Positions 58,761 to 64,000 of a DNA stretch of 64,000 bases are shown here, piece by piece. Every line of letters starts with the position of its first letter. The first letter of the stretch is position 1. The notes beneath the pieces were generated by a model. That model had not been told where the DNA came from, ran no database searches, and was given only the letters and a program-made list of their open reading frames with translations. This stretch comes from the human T2T-CHM13v2.0 reference genome, Homo sapiens. The stretch lies in NCBI RefSeq assembly GCF_009914755.1, contig NC_060937.1, one strand, 5' to 3'. A program made the position numbers and the translations under genes.

Positions 58761-61700
58761 AAAGAAATAAAAGAATATCTATTGGGAAAAGATTAGTGCA
58801 TCTACTTACACTATACTGAGTTAATGAATACATTATACATACAGATGGTTTCCATTCATTCTCATAGGCAGCTATCTATGGTGGATGTTACACAGTAAGG
58901 CAAAGAATGAACTGTTCAGATAAATAGAACTTTATGGAAAGTGGTATGTAGGGTCATGGTTGCCCCAAAGTTACAATCATATAGTGAACCGGAATATATC
59001 ACAATCAGTATATATCCCAATTCTTTCTGCCATTGGTTCTAACTATGTGGGCTCTGTCTGCTTAACTTCCTGAGGAAAAAGAAAGCTGTCACTTTGCTGG
59101 TTATTTGCAAAACTGCTTACCCCAGGGGCTTTTGTGGGGAGAAAGATTGTTTACAAAACTGAAAAACAAAAGTCATTTCAGTATATAAGAGCACTTTCCA
59201 TTCTTGTAGGAGAGAGTCATGCTGCCAATGACTTACATTATCTGTTTTATTTTCATCTCTATTGAGGGGCATTCAAATCTCTCTTCCTCTGTGCAAATGT
59301 AGGGGATCCAAAACTATCCTCTGTGATCATTTGGATTGTTAATCTCTCCAGGGTTTCTTCAACATTCTCAAGGCAGTTTCTGGCACCAAAGGGAAAATGG
59401 AGAAGTTGAGATGCAATTTTATTTCCCAATTGAACTTGATTAAATGGGGACTGTTCTAATCAAAAGTTTGAATCCTGGGGGAGTGCGATGTTGTTAACAG
59501 GTTTGAGAATATTGCAGAAGAACAGGGAGGAAGTATACTAAAGTCAAGGCAGAGAACGAATCAGGCAAGAAAATAATTGTAGTAAAGCTTATTAAGGCAT
59601 AAAATTAGGTGAACAAATTGCTTCACAGATAGTGTTAAGCTCATTGCTAGACCGGCAAAGGAAGTGGAAGAAAGCTCTTTGAAAACATTATTTTTATTAT
59701 TTTAATAATTTGTGTGGGAATCATAGTAGCTGCTATATGTTAGGGAGAAACAATTGCCAGCTGGTGTCATCATGGAGTAACTATAGTAGACTGAATGCAA
59801 GTATGTTTTGCCTTTTTACCTGGAGAGCGTTCAATTTTAGAAAGTTTCTATTCATTTTTGCCTGAATGTGAGGTCTGCCCTTGTAGATAAGGAAGGCTGT
59901 TTATTGTGTGATTTAAGAGCTTTGATTAGGTTCACACCAAGTTCCACAACTGTAATAGGGAGACCACACCTGGGACAGACTGTATTTACACGACCAAAGT
60001 TACCTATTATTAAAAAATGAATTTTTGAGTAAATGCCTGAATTGTCTGTGTAATTGCCTTGATTCTATGCATTGTTTTCCTTGTGGTTACCTCAAGGAAA
60101 TGGAGTCACTTCAGTAGCTATTTTACTGAAAATAAAACGAGATTTTCGGAGATAATGTTCTTTGAAAAGTGTTAAAGGTACACTTATTTATGGAAATACA
60201 CGTTTTGTTAGCAATGTAGCTGCTACATGTTTGTTGTACATTTTATTTTTACAATTCTCCTAAGTGATTTAACAATTATATAATCATTTTATGATTGTTA
60301 TTGTTATTTTTCCCTCTTTCTTGAAACTAATAGACTAAGTGACAAAATACTGCAGGATGTAGAATTGCTCAGCTTTGCCTATAAAGTCAGGAGGAGAGAT
60401 AACATAATTTAATTATTCTATTGCAATTCTGTTGTCTCTTCTTGCCTCTTGACTCAAATGGTCTCAAGAGGGGAGAGAGGAAATTATGGGCTCTGTTGTT
60501 GATGTTTGTTGAACTTCTTCAGTGACTGTATTTTCGGGATGTTAGCAGTTTCTAATTTGGCTTTGCTTTCACCTAACTTTCCTTGCTTCAGTTTCCTCAT
60601 CTCTGAAATGGGATATTATACTTCTCTTATCTCCTTAGAGTGTTGTTCTGAGAAGCAAATGAAATAATGGCTAGGAGAGTGCTTTCCACTATACAAACTA
60701 CCACTAGCATTCTGGTTATCCATTTTGGTAGCTAATAAGGTGATGTTTATCCATGTGATATCAAGCAATTTTATAGGAAATGAGAAGCTTCTTCAATAAG
60801 GTGATATAAAAAGGTATAATGATGTTTTACTTAACTAAAGCAGAGGTATGTGTATATTAAGCAGACACATTCAGAAAATAATTGTTGGGCTTTTGTTTTA
60901 TCACAGTTTCTTGCTGTGGAGTGGGGTGTGATGCCATTAATAGGATTTCAAACTTAAGTGAGAGAAAAAGAAATAGAATCAAATAAGCTTTAAAGAAGCT
61001 GATTCATCTCACCCAACACCTTTTCTACTGATATAGCCTCCTACATATTAGGAAAGGCAAGGGTTGGAGTTGTTTAAAGAGTTGAAAACGGGAAAGGAAA
61101 TAGAGGAGGGAAGTTTTATTGAGAAGAATTCCACCTGTCTAAACAAGGAAAATAGTATCCTATGGGCAAGCTTTAGCATCCCTGAAAGAGCCCTGGATCT
61201 TCACTGATGGCTGCAGAGGGGACACCCTGATAAATAGATGACATCGACAGAGTGTCTCAGGAAGAAACAAGTGCATGGATTCATAAAAAGGCCAGATGGG
61301 ACGGTGGGCTGCTATGAAATATTATAGCACACCTGTGGAATACGGTAGTGTAGCTGGGAGGGACACATTGGTCTGGGCCAGGGAATCACACTGCATTGTC
61401 CTCACACATTGCCTTTAACACATTGCCACTCTCCACTCGGAAAATAGGTCGAGCAGGTCTAGGGACTGTGGTAGGGCAGTTACAACAATTTGATCGTATA
61501 TCTTTTCACTATCTGAAAAACAGAAGTTGTTATTGAGCAAAGATTTAGTTCTGGGGTAATACTAAATGCAACATCTAGATGTTTGAAAAATAAAGTTTCC
61601 AAAAAACATCTGCATACAAATTAGGGCTTATGAAATATAGGCAAGCTTAAGTGTTATCTTCCACCATTGTTGGGAAGGAATAAATCTTGAACATTTAGGA

Positions 61701-63057
61701 GTTCAACGTCTATTAGTAGAATGATTTTTTTAGGAGGTGATCCCTAAACTCCTTTTTATGTTCTAAGTACTGCATGGTTGAGGGCTGGACTGTCTAGTGC
61801 TGAAAGAAAGTGTGTATTGAACATAGAGCCTGATACACAGTTAGGCGCTTAATGGTTAATTGATGCTGGTTGAATACAGTTGTATAGTTGGACGCACCAA
61901 GTTTGTTATTAAGGGAGGACCACCATAAAACTCGAACACCAGTTAGAATGTCTTGGGTAGAAATTCACAGCAGTCTGGAGCCACGTTCCCCTGCTGAGAA
62001 GGGAACTGCCAACCCGTGTAAAGTCTGGTCTAGTGAGTGTTCCCGGGAGTGTGCAGGTGTTATTCCTGAAAATAAGGCCGGCCACTACCAGACAGAGAAG
62101 CTGCCCATTTTAAGGTGTCAGATCAACGCCAGCGACGCTTACCTCGGGGCCTCCTCTCGCCCCACCTTTGCCTTTCTGCCAAATCTCTCCTTGCTCCCGG
62201 CCGAAGGGATTCCCACCCCCAGCTGCCTCCTCCGAGCCCCGCGGAGCAGCGGACTCCTCCCCTGGAAACTCCTCCGGGGCTGGGGGAGGCTTTGGCGCAT
62301 GCTCCGTACCTAGGGCAGGTTTTTGCTGCGGGTAGCAGGGCTCCTGTCACACCGGCTGGCGGGTTGTGGCGGTGCCAGCCTGTGTGTGCGAGTGTGTCTG
62401 CGTGCCTGCGCCTGGGCGGACAGCCCGGAGCGGCAGTGCGACTCGCCGGGAGAGGCGTCTCCGCAGAGGCGCCTCGCCCGCTGCCGCTGCGCTGCGGGGG
62501 CCGCTCTGCAAACTTGCGGCGAGCGCCGTCAGCCCTCGCGGCTCCACAGCCCCGCGACCTGCCGGCAAAGGCGCCGGGCGCGCGTGCCGGGCGCGGTGCC
62601 CGCGGCCGGCCGGGGCGGCGGGAGCGGGCCGCGCCTTCGCCCTTGGCCGGCGCCCTGGCGAGCCTCATGCAGCCCCGGCGCTCGCGGCCGCAGCTACCCG
62701 GCTGCCCGGCTGCGCGCGGCAGGTCCAGGACCCGAACCCCGCTCCCCAGCGCCTGAGCGCCTGCAAGCCGCCGGCGGGATGCCGCGCGTCGCCTGAGAGA
62801 GCCGCGCCGGGGCGGGAGCAGGGAGCGGGCCGGCCCGGGCGCACCCGGGAGCGCAGGGCGCCCCACGCCGCAGCCGCAGCCGAGCGCGCCGGCGCCCGCC
62901 TCCCCCGCCCGGCTCGCAGGCCCCGGCTCCTCAAGCCCCGAGGGCCGCGGGGCCGCCAGCCAGCCACACGCCTCGGCGTCAGGGGCATGGAGGAACGGCG
63001 GGCTCCGAGCCGCGCCCCGGAGTCCGCGAAACTTCCGAGCGGGCGCCCGTCCGCCCT

Positions 63058-63075
63058 GCCGCCGCCGCCGCCGCC
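63058..63075 (+). repeat. (GCC)6 trinucleotide repeat just upstream of the HS6ST3 ATG
   Basis: Read directly. Confidence 0.9.
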
Positions 63076-63104
63076 GCTTCGCCTGCCGGCCTGAGAGCGG
63101 GACC

Positions 63105-63811
63105 ATGGATGAAAGGTTCAACAAGTGGCTGCTGACGCCGGTGCTCACTCTCCTCTTCGTGGTCATCATGTACCAGTACGTGTCCCCCTCCTGCACCAGC
63201 TCCTGCACCAACTTCGGGGAGCAGCCCCGCGCGGGGGAGGCCGGCCCGCCCGCCGTCCCGGGTCCCGCCCGCCGGGCTCAGGCGCCGCCGGAGGAGTGGG
63301 AGCGGCGGCCCCAGTTGCCCCCGCCGCCCCGGGGGCCCCCCGAGGGACCTCGGGGGGCCGCGGCGCCGGAGGAGGAGGACGAGGAGCCCGGAGACCCCCG
63401 GGAGGGGGAGGAAGAGGAGGAGGAAGACGAGCCGGACCCCGAGGCCCCGGAAAACGGCTCCCTGCCCCGATTCGTGCCGCGCTTCAACTTCAGCCTGAAG
63501 GACCTGACCCGCTTCGTGGATTTCAACATCAAAGGGCGCGACGTGATCGTGTTCCTCCACATCCAGAAGACGGGGGGCACCACTTTCGGCCGGCACCTGG
63601 TGAAGAACATCCGGCTGGAGCAGCCTTGTAGCTGCAAAGCGGGTCAGAAGAAGTGCACCTGCCACCGGCCTGGCAAGAAGGAGACGTGGCTCTTCTCCCG
63701 CTTCTCCACCGGCTGGAGCTGCGGGCTGCACGCCGACTGGACGGAGCTCACCAACTGCGTGCCGGCCATCATGGAGAAGAAGGACTGTCCCCGCAACCAC
63801 AGCCACACCAG
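63105..63811 (+). CDS. HS6ST3: HS6ST3 (heparan sulfate 6-O-sulfotransferase 3) coding exon 1
   Basis: MDERFNKWLL plus a type II transmembrane segment, a Pro/Glu-rich stem, the 5'-PAPS motif FLHIQKTGGTTFGRHL, and WLFSRFSTGWSCGLHADWTEL; Kozak ACCATGG; donor AG|gtactg; 707 nt. Confidence 0.96.
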
Positions 63812-64000
63812 GTACTGTCGCCCGCTGGGTCTCTGTTCTTCCCCCCCACCCCCCATCCCTCTTCCTCAGTCCTGACCCAGAGCGACCCCGCGCTCCCTGC
63901 CCCTGCCGATGGTTTCCTGGCGTCTTCAGCGGTTGGCGCCGTGGCTTTGGGGAGGGATGAGAAACCTCCGGATAGTGCCTAGGTCCTGAACTCGTTCTTC

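Larger units (their letters stand above)
62120..63960. promoter_or_regulatory. HS6ST3: HS6ST3 CpG island (promoter, 5' UTR and exon 1)
   Basis: Very high GC and CpG density; NRF1-like GCGCATGC at ~62295. Confidence 0.9.

Noticed and set aside
62123-63982. Long overlapping ORFs on both strands (362, 275, 242, 213 and 168 aa)
   Set aside because: Expected stop-codon scarcity in a CpG island, and shadows of the HS6ST3 CDS; Arg/Pro/Gly/Ala low complexity with no recognisable domain

Overview
Mammalian, almost certainly human, genomic DNA. The two protein-coding genes are recognised from memory of their protein sequences and match the UGGT2/HS6ST3 locus (13q32). UGGT2 is on the minus strand: coding exon 1 at 25362-25519 in a CpG island, exon 2 at 4095-4177, and a 21.2-kb intron 1. 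HS6ST3 is on the plus strand: first coding exon at 63105-63811 in a second CpG island. The genes are divergent, with about 37.6 kb between start codons. Most of the rest is transposon-derived, with several cleanly nested insertions: a MER52-type LTR in an old L1PA, an L1PA5-like element in an L1PB1, a Tigger MITE in an MLT1 terminus, THE1 in MLT1, Alu in MER2, AluYa5 in MER5, and a tailless 5S rRNA retrocopy in MLT1. The best novelty candidate is the intronic L1PA5-like element. Its antisense ORF0 keeps an ATG in strong context and a splice donor whose phase matches UGGT2 exon 2, so an in-frame ORF0-UGGT2 fusion without the ER signal peptide is possible. This is a hypothesis that needs transcript evidence. 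Repeat subfamily names are by-eye calls, not RepeatMasker output. No CRISPR arrays or prokaryotic systems are present.
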